A stretch of DNA of 64,000 nt, taken from the NCBI GenBank assembly GCA_046758445.1, contig JBHIAE010000002.1, forward strand, positions 74,073-138,072, given 5' to 3'. Source of the stretch: Candidatus Thorarchaeota archaeon. GTDB lineage: Archaea; Asgardarchaeota; Thorarchaeia; Thorarchaeales; Thorarchaeaceae. Shown here one piece after another: positions 21,882 through 32,396 of this stretch. The notes below the pieces were generated by a model. That model saw only the letters and a list, made by a program, of their open reading frames with translations, had not been told where the DNA came from and did not search any database. Both the position numbers and the translations under genes were made by a program. Each line of letters opens with the position of its first letter. The stretch's first letter is position 1.

Positions 21882-22730
21882 ATGAACGGAAAGGTCTGCA
21901 TAGTAACTGGCAGCAACTCTGGAATCGGTAAGGAAACCGCCCTCGCATTGGCAGAGTTGGATGCAACTGTAGTCATGGTCGTTCGCAATGCGGAACGTGG
22001 AGAGGCGGCCCGGTCTGAGATTGTTGATGAGACTGGTAACAATCGGATTGATCTGATGCTGTGCGACCTATCCTCTATCGACTCAATACGTCAATTTGCC
22101 AAAGAATTCACAGCAAAGTATGACCGACTAGACGTTCTCATCAACAATGCCGGCGCTGCCTATCACAAACGTCAGGTAACAGTTGATGGATTTGAGCAGA
22201 CATTTGCTGTGAACTACATCGGACCATTCCTTCTGACCTATGAGCTTCTTCCAGTGCTGAAGGTGAGTGTACCGTCCAGAGTGATTAATCTCACATCAGG
22301 CATGCATTTCAGGGCGAAAGTAGACTTTGATAACTTGCAAAGGGAGAGAAGGTATCGGGGTATGAGTGCATACGGTGACGCAAAGCTAATGGTTGCAATG
22401 CACACCTATGAATTGGCCCGCCGTCTCGAGGGCACAGGAGTTTCAGTGAACGTAGTCCATCCCGGCTTTGTGGCCACAAACATGGGCAGCAGCATGGGAG
22501 GCCTATGGAACAAGATCATGTTCAAGATGGTCCGACCACTCCAAATCAGCCCGAAAGAGGGGGCTGAAACGTCGGTCTATGTTGCTTCTTCTCCAGAGTT
22601 GGAGGGTGTGACTGGGAAGTACTTTGCAAGGAAGCAGGAGCAGCGGTCCTCGGAAGCCTCGTATGATGAGGAGGCGCAGAAGCGTCTATGGCACGTAACT
22701 GAGCAACTGCTTGGACTCACATGGACCTAA
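21882..22730 (+). CDS. Short-chain dehydrogenase (retinol dehydrogenase-like)
   Basis: TGSNSGIG, NNAG, YGDAK. Confidence 0.9.
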   Translation: MNGKVCIVTGSNSGIGKETALALAELDATVVMVVRNAERGEAARSEIVDETGNNRIDLMLCDLSSIDSIRQFAKEFTAKYDRLDVLINNAGAAYHKRQVTVDGFEQTFAVNYIGPFLLTYELLPVLKVSVPSRVINLTSGMHFRAKVDFDNLQRERRYRGMSAYGDAKLMVAMHTYELARRLEGTGVSVNVVHPGFVATNMGSSMGGLWNKIMFKMVRPLQISPKEGAETSVYVASSPELEGVTGKYFARKQEQRSSEASYDEEAQKRLWHVTEQLLGLTWT

Positions 22731-22835
22731 TTTGACTGTGACCGCGTAGCGGTCCATATGAAATGAGCTCATATACCTTAGACGTTCTGAGTCCAATCGA
22801 GGCGTGTTTCCGACTGAACTTCACTTGGTGCCAGC

Positions 22836-23429
22836 ATGACTGACGGTAGCGATCTCCGAGAAGAAGCCGAGCGAATAGTCGAAACACTAGACATTCTAGA
22901 TCTTCTCAACGCATACGGTCATGCTCGTGTTGTTGGGAGTGTAGCCCTCGACTTGATAGTCAAAAGGAACATCGATATCCATGCGTTAATCCTGCTTGGA
23001 GATCTGATGGAAACAACACAACATCTCATTGCAGTGCTATTGCGCATGGAAGGAATCAAAGAGATCCGAGTGACGGATTTCCGCGAGCAGGACTCCATCA
23101 AGCTGGGGATTGATGAGTATCAGGGAGAATCGGGACCATGGAGCATTGATCTCTGGCTCACTACAAATGTGAGCACAACTGGGTTTGCCCTTGTGGAGGC
23201 CCTGGAGGGAGAGCTGGACGAAGCCCAACGGGCCGCTATCCTCAACATCAAGAGGCACTATCATATCCGCGGTCTTCTCCAGAACGGCATAAGCAATCTG
23301 ATCTATAGGGCAGTTGCAGAGGGCGGAGTTGAGGACTTGGCTGAGTTTGAACAATGGCTGTCCAAGACTCGAATAAGGAGGCTGGACAAAGACAACCTCC
23401 AATGGCTAGATGACCAAAGAGCTACCTAG
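22836..23429 (+). CDS. Hypothetical protein, nucleotidyltransferase-like fold
   Basis: VGSVALDL...NIDI and W.ID.W. Confidence 0.6.
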   Translation: MTDGSDLREEAERIVETLDILDLLNAYGHARVVGSVALDLIVKRNIDIHALILLGDLMETTQHLIAVLLRMEGIKEIRVTDFREQDSIKLGIDEYQGESGPWSIDLWLTTNVSTTGFALVEALEGELDEAQRAAILNIKRHYHIRGLLQNGISNLIYRAVAEGGVEDLAEFEQWLSKTRIRRLDKDNLQWLDDQRAT

Positions 23430-23525
23430 CGCAGTCCGGCCAAGTGTCATGTATCTCCTTTTGTTCCATCCGAACTACAATGAGCACAAGGCATATCATG
23501 AACATGCTAGCCGTCACTAACACAG

Positions 23526-24155
23526 ATGCCAGAATGGGACGACATCTTCGCGGAGAGGGGCAGGTACTTCACTGAGCCCCATGCAGATATAGAACGTGTT
23601 GTGAGAGTCTTTCGAGACCACGATGTAGAACGGGTTCTAGACTTGGGCTGCGGAACAGGCCGTCATCTTGTCTACTTGGCCAAATCGAACTTCGAGGTTC
23701 ACGGCTTTGACATTTCCCCGAAGGCGCTGTCTCTGGCACATGAATGGCTAGAAGAGGAGTGTTTGACGGCCCATCTCCTAAGACATAGAATGGAAGACCC
23801 GTTCCCCTTTGAGGATGATTTCTTTGACGCAGTGATATCAACTCAGGTCATCCACCACAATAGAATGGATGGCATTCTGTTCACTGTGAGTGAGATCGAA
23901 CGGGTCTTGAGACATGACGGAGTACTCTTCGTGACATTTCCGAAACTCTCACAGGTTCCAGATAACGGAAGTATGGACTGGAAGCTGGAGCCGATAGAGC
24001 CTGGCACGTACATCCCCAGAAGCGGACCTGAGGCAGGGATCCCACATCACTACTTCACTGTGGAAGAGGCCCATGAGGTCTTTCAAGGTTTCAAGATTCT
24101 CGACTTGTACGTGGGCCACACAGGCCACAGATGTCTGCTCGGTGTGAAGAGATAA
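23526..24155 (+). CDS. Class I SAM methyltransferase
   Basis: VLDLGCGTGRH, FDAVIS. Confidence 0.9.
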   Translation: MPEWDDIFAERGRYFTEPHADIERVVRVFRDHDVERVLDLGCGTGRHLVYLAKSNFEVHGFDISPKALSLAHEWLEEECLTAHLLRHRMEDPFPFEDDFFDAVISTQVIHHNRMDGILFTVSEIERVLRHDGVLFVTFPKLSQVPDNGSMDWKLEPIEPGTYIPRSGPEAGIPHHYFTVEEAHEVFQGFKILDLYVGHTGHRCLLGVKR

Positions 24156-24163
24156 CTCTGCAA

Positions 24164-25372
24164 TCACTCTAGTCCAAAGAATGGGAAGATGAGTTCTTTG
24201 ACCTGCTCTATGGTTTCATCCACAGCTCTCTTGACCTTGGCCTCATGTTCAGCATACATTCTCGTCGGCCGGTCTGTCCAGCCTCCCCGTTTCAGTTCCA
24301 GACCGTACTTGTGACATAGCTCTATCCAGGCTGCGGGTACAAGTGGGGGTAACGCAATGTCTGCAAGGTCTGCCAGAAGTACAGTCCATACTCTTGCTGC
24401 AGCCACAGGATTGTATCCTCCACCTCCGACCACAACCAGTTTCCTGTTCCCGAGATGAACAAGCTGACGGATTGTCTTTGACAATCGATGGTATGTGTCC
24501 AGATTGAGAAGGAGATCTGCAAGGGGGTCATCCATGTGGGCGTCCGCTCCGGCATTCCAGAAGACTAGGTCCGGCTTGTAGGCAAGCCAAATTGGCACTA
24601 CTAGCTCCTCGAAGGCCTTCCAGTATTCAAAGTCATCTGCTAGTGGTGGCAATGGAATGTTGACAGAGTAACCCTTGCCTTCCCCTGTTCCTATCTCCTC
24701 CGGACGGCCTGTTCCGGGGAAGAATCCCATGCTCAGCTCGTGAGTGGATATTGTAAGGACATTCGGGTCGTCATAGAAGGCTTGTTGAGTCGCATCACCA
24801 TGGTGGACGTCTGTGTCTAAGTAGAGTACTTTCTTCCTGGGATACTTCAATTTGAACTTCTTTATCGCAATGACTGTGTCGTTGTAGTAGCAGAACCCGC
24901 CTGCATTGGACGAATATGCATGATGAAACCCACCAAACAATGACATTGCATCTTCGAACTTGCCATCTGCGACGCCCATCACCGCGTCAATGCTTGCACC
25001 TACCGGGAAGCTAGCATACTTGTCTACCTGATAGAACACCGGACACTCATCTGTATCAAGTCCGAAACGCGAAGAGAATGCTGTCCCCATATTACCAAAC
25101 AGCTCAAGGGTCTCTATGTATGATGGATCATGATAGTATGCTAGTTCTTCTCGGGTTGCCAATCTCATCTGCTGGATGTTGATTCGCTCGCTCTCGAGAA
25201 GTCCTGACATCACAGGGAGACTCCATGTGATGTCTAGACGCGGCCTGTTCCAGAACGGGTTTGGCTCGACTCGCATTGCGTCCAGCTCGTCAATGCCCTC
25301 CAACTTGAGCAGTTCATCTGGGCTGAACACAGCGGTCTGGTGCGACAAGCCTTTTCCTCCAAGTAATGGCAA
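24164..25372 (-). CDS. AcuC-like histone deacetylase family protein
   Basis: GGFHHA, GFCYYND, DTDVHHGD, GADAH, GGGGY. Confidence 0.9.
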   Translation of the reverse strand: MPLLGGKGLSHQTAVFSPDELLKLEGIDELDAMRVEPNPFWNRPRLDITWSLPVMSGLLESERINIQQMRLATREELAYYHDPSYIETLELFGNMGTAFSSRFGLDTDECPVFYQVDKYASFPVGASIDAVMGVADGKFEDAMSLFGGFHHAYSSNAGGFCYYNDTVIAIKKFKLKYPRKKVLYLDTDVHHGDATQQAFYDDPNVLTISTHELSMGFFPGTGRPEEIGTGEGKGYSVNIPLPPLADDFEYWKAFEELVVPIWLAYKPDLVFWNAGADAHMDDPLADLLLNLDTYHRLSKTIRQLVHLGNRKLVVVGGGGYNPVAAARVWTVLLADLADIALPPLVPAAWIELCHKYGLELKRGGWTDRPTRMYAEHEAKVKRAVDETIEQVKELIFPFFGLE

Positions 25373-25579
25373 GTGATGGAGCTGAGTATGAAGTTGATAT
25401 TACTTCTGGTAGAGTGTTCTAGTTCTGAGGAACTTTTGTTCTTGGGTTTCTTGAACGCCTAACCTCCTCAAGCATATCTTTCTTAGAAGGCAGCTTGGAA
25501 CTCGTACAGGAACGGACATACCGATTCTGTGCTCGTGCTTCGAAACCCTCATTATCCGTTGTAAGGTCTTTCCATTACC

Positions 25580-26608
25580 ATGTCCAAGTTCAATCTCCTG
25601 AAACAGACCATTCTTGGAAACCTCGAAGATAGAATCCCAATATCGATTTGGAAACACCATCCAGAAAGAGACCGAACTCCAGAGGGGCTGGCCGCTGAGG
25701 AGATTGCATTCCATCGTAAGTACGATCACGACCTCCTGAAGATATCATTCCACGGTCGGTACCCCGTAGTCGACTGGGGATGCAAAGCAGTCTATGATGG
25801 TTCAATTTCTGGGTCCACGACTTGTGAGAGCTGCGTTGTCCAGAAGTCTAGCGATTGGGAAGTGCTGGAACCCATTGATGTTAATGACGGCGATTTTGGA
25901 AGACAACTTCAGGCTGTTGAGCTCATTCGAAGCTACGCTCAAGACAGGGTTCCGACTATGTCTACGGTATTCGATTCATCGATGGTGGCGGACAAGCTCA
26001 GCGACAGACCACTGACAGAGTACATGGAAGAGAGTCCTGAAGTACTAGAAACAGTCCTTGAGATGATAACTAACGTGATGATTGACTTTGCCAGAGCCAC
26101 GTTCGATGCAGGTGCTGACGGAGTCTTTGTAGCGACACAGCATGCAACACATTCAGCCGTCACAGATGAACAGTATGAAAGGTTTGTGCATCCATTCGAT
26201 GCCAAGCTCATCTCTAAGATACGTGGGAGGGCCAAATTCATAGTAATGCACCTACATGCCAAGGAGGAGGATGAGAAGATTCGTTTTGACAAGATTGCCC
26301 GTGACCCCGGCATAGATGCATTGAATTGGGAAGATCAGAGTGCAGACCTCACTCTGGCAGAGGGTAAGAGATTCTCTCGGAAGACAGTTTTGGGTGGCAT
26401 AGATCACAACGGCGTACTGAGAACCGGCACTGCCGATGACGTGAAGGAGCAGGTCTTGCAGGCTGCACGTGAGGCAGGTCTCAAGAACTTGATAATGGCC
26501 CCTGGCTGTGTGATCACCACGGACACTCCGGAGGAGAACCTGAATGCCGTTGTCGAAGCGATCAGGTCGATTGTACCTTGGGCTGCCGAGTGGGAGGCAT
26601 TCTCTTGA
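25580..26608 (+). CDS. Uroporphyrinogen decarboxylase/MtaA-like family protein
   Basis: AGADGVF, LGGID, IMAPGC. Confidence 0.82.
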   Translation: MSKFNLLKQTILGNLEDRIPISIWKHHPERDRTPEGLAAEEIAFHRKYDHDLLKISFHGRYPVVDWGCKAVYDGSISGSTTCESCVVQKSSDWEVLEPIDVNDGDFGRQLQAVELIRSYAQDRVPTMSTVFDSSMVADKLSDRPLTEYMEESPEVLETVLEMITNVMIDFARATFDAGADGVFVATQHATHSAVTDEQYERFVHPFDAKLISKIRGRAKFIVMHLHAKEEDEKIRFDKIARDPGIDALNWEDQSADLTLAEGKRFSRKTVLGGIDHNGVLRTGTADDVKEQVLQAAREAGLKNLIMAPGCVITTDTPEENLNAVVEAIRSIVPWAAEWEAFS

Positions 26609-28320
26609 CTAAGAACAAAGAGGTGGCAAAGGCCCTTCGAGAGATATCTCTACTCCTACAGGTTGAGGGGAAGGACAAGTTCAAGCATCTCTCCTATGCC
26701 AGAGCTGCCAGGGCCGTCACTGGTCTGGGGGAGGACATTGAGGCGATTCGTGGGAGAAACGAGTTGACAGAGATCCCAGGCATAGGAACGGCAATCGCCA
26801 AGAAGATTGAATCGTACCTAGATACCGGCACGATTAGACTCCTGGACGAGTTGAGAGAGCGGATTCCCGTGAGAGTTTGGGATCTGGAAGCAATTCCTGA
26901 TGTAGGCCCGAAGACGATCAAGTTGCTGTATCAGGAACTCGGAGTTACTGACCTCGATTCACTAGAAGCGGCAATTCGGGATGGCAAGCTCGAGGGACTC
27001 AAGGGCATGGGAAAGAAGACGATAGAGAACATCACGCAAGGAATCAGTATTGCTCGGTCTGGTCTGACTCGGACACTATTGGCCGATGCACTGATTGTCG
27101 CAGAAGATGTTGTGACGTATCTGAAACAGCTTCCCGAGGTCAAGCAGGTCACAATCGCTGGATCATTGCGTAGAAGAAGGGAAACCATTGGGGACATTGA
27201 CATTCTCGCTGACGCCAGCGATGAGGAAACTGTCATGGATGCATTTACCACAGCACCCGGAGTTGCTGACATCTTAGCAAGAGGTCCAACGAAGTCCTCA
27301 GTCCGAATGAGTAACGGCCTTCAAATTGATCTAAGAATTGTACCCACGAAGAGTTTTGGTGCTGGACTCCAATACTTCACAGGCAGCATAGATCACAACG
27401 TCAAGCTTCGGTCAATAGGTGTGAAGAAGGGCCTGAAACTGAACGAATATGGGCTCTTCAAAGGGCAGAAACAGATAGCGGGGAATGATGAAGAGGGAAT
27501 CTACAAGGCTCTGGGTCTTGACCTCATTCCTCCTGAGCTCAGAGAAGACATGGGAGAGATTGAGGCTGCACAGAAAGGCAAGCTACCAGACTTGCTTGAA
27601 CTGGAAGACATTCGCGGTGACCTGCACACGCATACCGATCAGTCAGATGGCAAGAACACAATTGACGAGATGCTTGCTACCGCAGCCGCCATGGGATACG
27701 AATACTACTGCATCTCAGACCACACAAAGAGCCTGACTATTGCCAATGGGATGGACGAGGCCAGAGTCCTGAAACGAATTGCAGAGATTGATGACATCAA
27801 CGCTTCTGGGAAATGGCGGATGCATGTGCTGAAGGGTGCTGAGGTAGACATTCTTGCCAACGGAGAGTTGGATCTAGAAGACTCTGTGCTTGATCAGCTC
27901 GACGTGATAACCCTTTCAATTCACTTCAGAATGAAAGACAGCAAGGAGAAGATGACTGAACGCGTCTGCCATGCTTTGGAGAGCAAGTATGCACACATCC
28001 TTGGTCACCCCACTGGACGCTTGCTCCTCAAGAGGCCAGAGTTCGAGATTGACCTTGAGAAGGTGTTTGAATCCGCCAAAAACAACAATGTCATCATGGA
28101 ACTGAACAGCCATCCTGAGAGGCTCGACCTGAATGTTGGCAACCTGAGAGCTGCGAAGAGAATGGGACTCAAGATTGCCATAAACACGGATGCCCATCGA
28201 ACCGCCGAGCTTGATTTCATGAAGTATGGAGTCTTCCAAGCCCGCCGGGGATGGCTCACCAGGGAGGATGTCGTGAACACTCTCACGCTCAATAATCTTC
28301 TGAAGCAAATTCGAGAATAG
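26605..28320 (+). CDS. polX: DNA polymerase X / PHP 3'-5' exonuclease
   Basis: HhH motifs, AGSLRR..ETIGDID, YFTGS, DLHTHT..SDG, NTDAH. Confidence 0.93.
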   Translation: MTKNKEVAKALREISLLLQVEGKDKFKHLSYARAARAVTGLGEDIEAIRGRNELTEIPGIGTAIAKKIESYLDTGTIRLLDELRERIPVRVWDLEAIPDVGPKTIKLLYQELGVTDLDSLEAAIRDGKLEGLKGMGKKTIENITQGISIARSGLTRTLLADALIVAEDVVTYLKQLPEVKQVTIAGSLRRRRETIGDIDILADASDEETVMDAFTTAPGVADILARGPTKSSVRMSNGLQIDLRIVPTKSFGAGLQYFTGSIDHNVKLRSIGVKKGLKLNEYGLFKGQKQIAGNDEEGIYKALGLDLIPPELREDMGEIEAAQKGKLPDLLELEDIRGDLHTHTDQSDGKNTIDEMLATAAAMGYEYYCISDHTKSLTIANGMDEARVLKRIAEIDDINASGKWRMHVLKGAEVDILANGELDLEDSVLDQLDVITLSIHFRMKDSKEKMTERVCHALESKYAHILGHPTGRLLLKRPEFEIDLEKVFESAKNNNVIMELNSHPERLDLNVGNLRAAKRMGLKIAINTDAHRTAELDFMKYGVFQARRGWLTREDVVNTLTLNNLLKQIRE

Positions 28321-28491
28321 CGACGTAATCGGTTCAAATCGCTCGAATCTTCACCGTTCCTTCGCTGTTCTCGAGAAGAGTGTCCTCCTCAAGACGACTT
28401 TCATAGTCACAAATTGTGACTCTAATAAGTGACCCTCTGTCGTGGCTCCGCATTATATACCCCTTGTGCGCGTTGTTCCTTGTGAAACATC

Positions 28492-28605
28492 ATGGCACAG
28501 GAAAAAAATACCCGATTGCTGAAGACAACTGAAACAGGTTGGAATCAGGCAAAGATGGACATGGAGCTTCTCAAGCTCTACGCTTACACATACTTCAGGA
28601 GGTAG
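28492..28605 (+). CDS. Putative 37-aa small protein (MAQEKNTRLL...YAYTYFRR), below the ORF-track cutoff
   Basis: TATA-like TTATATA at ~28453, ATG 28492 to TAG 28605, ending in the hairpin AGGAGGTAG/CTACCTCCT. Confidence 0.4.
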   Translation: MAQEKNTRLLKTTETGWNQAKMDMELLKLYAYTYFRR

Positions 28606-28836
28606 GGTCCTCTACCTCCTCATGCCATTTGGGCATCTGATTCTATGACTCTCTCAGACCAATGCTCAACGGCCACGCAAAGTCAGTACGCGCATTTGAC
28701 GCCGTGTGAACATCTCGATTTTCCCCTTCAGACGCTATCCGATACAGCTCTGATTCAACTAGAGCATAGTAAAAAAGAATGAGTGCCCCGTTCGATCCAG
28801 GACCGAAAGGGGCTCACATTTGTGTCTATGACACTA

Positions 28837-29409
28837 TTAGCTTGGATATGGCTTCATGTAGTTGGGCATGAATTCATAATCTACGCCAGGGGTCACGTAG
28901 TGTCCGAGATCCGGACGTGGACCTCCATCGAAGTTGAAGAATCCTACTGCAAAGTGCTTCAGCCAAACAATCTTGGTTGGATGCAGGGCACCGTCGCTCA
29001 CCCTGACAAGCTCATGATAGTGCACATAGCCTCGGCTTGAATACCGCTCAGCTTTCGCTGGACTCCATGTGTCAATGATGCCGAATACGATGAACAGAAG
29101 CCTGCCATCACCAGCATCAGATGACCACCAGCTGGGCGCACCGAATGGGCCTGTGTTGTAGTGCTTCCCAATCAGGAATCTATGTCCAGCAAGCACCCAG
29201 TCGTGACCCGGCACGTCTATTGCTCCTCCCGGTCCATCTGGGGCTCCGGCCAAGAAGTAGTCCTCGCCGTCAACGGGAATCACGATCCCGTGTACGAATC
29301 CTCTGTTTCGTCCGCTGCTCGATGTAGGTACTGTGGCTGCGGCTACCATTGGCACCAACAGTGCCACAACTGTCAGCACCACGAAGACTATGCTTGTTTT
29401 TCTCATCAT
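28837..29409 (-). CDS. Secreted His-rich hypothetical protein
   Basis: Signal peptide MMRKTSIVFVVL; PGHDW, GKHYNTGP, YVHYHE. Confidence 0.7.
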   Translation of the reverse strand: MMRKTSIVFVVLTVVALLVPMVAAATVPTSSSGRNRGFVHGIVIPVDGEDYFLAGAPDGPGGAIDVPGHDWVLAGHRFLIGKHYNTGPFGAPSWWSSDAGDGRLLFIVFGIIDTWSPAKAERYSSRGYVHYHELVRVSDGALHPTKIVWLKHFAVGFFNFDGGPRPDLGHYVTPGVDYEFMPNYMKPYPS

Positions 29410-29561
29410 TCTCCCTCCGGAGAAAGAGGTATTAACAATCGTTAAACTATTAAGTATCTGTAATAACATCTTCCTCGATTCGTTCGAGTTCATCCTGAAC
29501 CCTTCGGGCTATCTGCCATATCGAATATGCTTCGTCATGGCACAAACTGGAGGTCATACCT

Positions 29562-30233
29562 ATGCTGAGAACACACCAAATCGCAACGGTCGGCGAAGAC
29601 TCTGAAACCGTCTTAGTGGGGCTTAGAAACATACCGGCACACAGGTTGGACTTGATCTGTCTACCTCAAAACAGGGAATCGGTGGATCGTTTTGCTCTAA
29701 ATCTAGAAAGAACTCTAAAGATCGATGTTGATGTTCACACAATCAAAGGTAGCATTGTGGAAGGTGTTCTCGAGAAGGTCGCGAGCCTTCTGAAGGAGTA
29801 CGCCAATGAGTTTGACGACGTGGTCCTTAACGTTGCGGGTGGTGATAAGACTTTGACTTGCGCCGCAGTTTCGGCTGCGTTCTTCAATGGCGTAAAGGCC
29901 TTCCACCTAATGAATGAGAATCCCGTTCTCCTTCCCATTCTGAAAGTGAACTACAACACGGTCATCTCTAGAGCCAAGGTGAAGATACTTCAAGCCCTGC
30001 ACAGTGCAGGAGGTGTAACTAAGAGCCTCGGAGAGCTCAGCGATCTTTCAGGATACGGAAAGCCACTTCTCAGCTACCACGTCTGGGGAGATAATGAGTC
30101 TAGGGGACTGGTTGAGCTCGGACTGGTTGAAGCGGTACGCAAGCAAAGAGGGCGCCTTCGAGTCACATTGACAACTCTAGGGAAAGCAATGATTCTAGGA
30201 CAATCTGATAGTGGTGAAGAGAATCAGATGTAG
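29562..30233 (+). CDS. CARF-like + wHTH regulator (Csa3/HFX_2341-like)
   Basis: VLNVAGGDK Rossmann motif and C-terminal wHTH (LSYH...LTTLGK). Confidence 0.75.
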   Translation: MLRTHQIATVGEDSETVLVGLRNIPAHRLDLICLPQNRESVDRFALNLERTLKIDVDVHTIKGSIVEGVLEKVASLLKEYANEFDDVVLNVAGGDKTLTCAAVSAAFFNGVKAFHLMNENPVLLPILKVNYNTVISRAKVKILQALHSAGGVTKSLGELSDLSGYGKPLLSYHVWGDNESRGLVELGLVEAVRKQRGRLRVTLTTLGKAMILGQSDSGEENQM

Positions 30234-30305
30234 AATGGCGTCGAACTATTGAACCCTATGGGAGTGGACCATGGGTTTCAAGCATCAAATCAATGAAAAC
30301 CCGGG

Positions 30306-31160
30306 TCAGAGTTCTGGCGGGCCTGCAGAGATTCGCCTGCGGACGTCGTCTGTCTTCACGGACGAGAGAATGAGTTCTAGCCACCATGTTGCTCCTACTT
30401 TCTTGTACTCTGTCACTATCTCCCTCATCTTGGCTGGTTTCTGACCCGAAGTCATTCCCATTGCCACAACATCAAACGGAGTCTTAATGGTCCGGCTTTT
30501 CTCTATTAACTGGAGAATGTCTTTGAAGTCGTCCGGTGTCAGTCTTCTTCTGAATCCAGCACTCAACGGAAAGATGCCATCCATGGACGACGCCCTGAGG
30601 AAGGGTTTCTTGTTAGGCCACGTCCCCGCAATCCAGATCGGTATTCGTGGCGACTGGAGAGGCTTCGGAGAGAATCTTGCATTGTCTATCCTATAGTACT
30701 GCCCACTGTAACTGAAGGGTTTCCCACTCCAGAGGCCAACTAAGATTTCAATCCCCTCATCCAGCATCCTGCTCCAAGTCTTGACGTCAGATACCTCACC
30801 GAACACATCAAACTCCTCCTCCGGAGGGTATCCAAGTCCAAGACCCAATGTCAGTCTTCCCTGCGAAAGGTGGTCCAGAGAAACAGTTTCCCTAGCCAAC
30901 TTCCAGGGTCTTCTACGAGGCAATGGTGTGACTGTTGTACCTATTCTGATGCGATTAGTCGACACAGCCATAGCCGACAGACCGACCCATGGGTCCACCA
31001 TTGGCAGCGGTTTGGTCCTGTCTTGTTGGATGTGGTCCCAAACAAAGAAGCCATCCCACCCAGAGTCCTCAGCGACCTTTGCCAGCTCTCCCAAGGTCCT
31101 AGCATATCCGAAGACTTTGCCAAAGTTGGGAACGTATAGCCCGAAACTCATCTTACTCAT
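30306..31160 (-). CDS. LLM-class oxidoreductase (paralog of 18844-19680)
   Basis: GWDGFFVWDH, PWKLARETVSLDHLSQGR. Confidence 0.9.
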   Translation of the reverse strand: MSKMSFGLYVPNFGKVFGYARTLGELAKVAEDSGWDGFFVWDHIQQDRTKPLPMVDPWVGLSAMAVSTNRIRIGTTVTPLPRRRPWKLARETVSLDHLSQGRLTLGLGLGYPPEEEFDVFGEVSDVKTWSRMLDEGIEILVGLWSGKPFSYSGQYYRIDNARFSPKPLQSPRIPIWIAGTWPNKKPFLRASSMDGIFPLSAGFRRRLTPDDFKDILQLIEKSRTIKTPFDVVAMGMTSGQKPAKMREIVTEYKKVGATWWLELILSSVKTDDVRRRISAGPPEL

Positions 31161-31304
31161 GTTGATTCTCCCCTTAGACGTTTCTCCATCACGCTCTCGA
31201 AGACGATATGAAGTAAAGGTTGTGGTGGAGAAAAGAAACTCAGACCCCTGCTACATCATTCGCATCAACTAGGATTTCCTGTCAGAAGAAGGCATGTTAG
31301 TGCT

Positions 31305-32261
31305 TCATTCTGAGTTACTTCTGCTTCTTGAGATCTTTGACTTTAGGAGAATCATCTCTCCAAGGAGTCTAGTCTTGTCTACCTGGACTATTGGGTCCTG
31401 TTCTTCAGCGATTCTGGCGATCTCCATGTTGAGTGAATTCATCTCGGTTTCACGACGGTTTCGAATATCCTGCAGAGTCGAGATTAACTGTCCATCAGCT
31501 GCTCTACTAATAGTAAGCATCTGCTGTTGTAGTTCGTCAATATCCAGATTGATGCCGATTGCGGAGGCAACCGAAATGCATTCCTTCATTACCTCCAAAG
31601 CAATCTGAGCCACATCGCCATCCCGATGGAATATACCATTGTCCACTTCAAGAAGGGGGCAAATTGAGTTGAAGACAGAGTTTAGGATTGCTTTCTGCCA
31701 GATCTTCTCCTGAATCTGTGCCTCAGCTGAGAACTGAAAGCCTGGTGTATTCAGCGTATCCACTATCTTCTGCAGGTTTTGAGAATCTCCTCTAACAATT
31801 CCTATTGGTGAGGCAGTAACTGGCCTGAATTGAATCACAAATTCATCTAATCTCTGGCTCGTGGAAAAGAGAATGCATCTGTAGATCTCAGAAAAGCCTG
31901 CTTTGAGAAAGGGCTGTTCCACTCCCAACCCATTCTGCATGACAACCAACGGTGATGATAGCTTCTTTCTCGAGAGTTTCTTAGCAATCGGCTCATTGGC
32001 ATAGGCTTTGGACGCTATGACAACAATCCCATCCAGACTGTCTTTCTTCTCAAGCGAGACCATGGTTGCCGTTACTTTGGCCAGCTTGTCTTCCGCAGTC
32101 TTCATTGAGATTGTAATCGCCTCTTCGGCAACATCATCTCTACTGGTTCTGACAAGCAGAACATCTCGGTGTTCCAACTTCAGATGAGCAGCTAATGCCA
32201 ATCCTATTGCGCCCGCACCAAGAACATACACTCGGTCAGTCACAAGGGCTGAATACTGCAA
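31305..32261 (-). CDS. panE: Ketopantoate reductase
   Basis: GAGAIG, MQNG, W.K...N, STLQDI..RRETE. Confidence 0.85.
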   Translation of the reverse strand: MQYSALVTDRVYVLGAGAIGLALAAHLKLEHRDVLLVRTSRDDVAEEAITISMKTAEDKLAKVTATMVSLEKKDSLDGIVVIASKAYANEPIAKKLSRKKLSSPLVVMQNGLGVEQPFLKAGFSEIYRCILFSTSQRLDEFVIQFRPVTASPIGIVRGDSQNLQKIVDTLNTPGFQFSAEAQIQEKIWQKAILNSVFNSICPLLEVDNGIFHRDGDVAQIALEVMKECISVASAIGINLDIDELQQQMLTISRAADGQLISTLQDIRNRRETEMNSLNMEIARIAEEQDPIVQVDKTRLLGEMILLKSKISRSRSNSE

Positions 32262-32305
32262 CTTCGATATAAGAACCCTAAGAACAACGAAATCTCAGGG
32301 CATGA

Positions 32306-32350
32306 TGGTGCCGAGGAGATTCAAACTCCTGAGTCCCCATAGGAGTGGAT
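32306..32350 (-). repeat. Degenerate copy of the tRNA-Leu 3' exon (att-like relic)
   Basis: TGGTGCCGAGG-AGATTCAAACTCC...GAGTGGAT aligns with 33290-33337 and stops at the intron junction. Confidence 0.7.
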
Positions 32351-32396
32351 TTCCCATTGACGAATATTAAAATGTCCATCAAAAGACCCGTAGACT

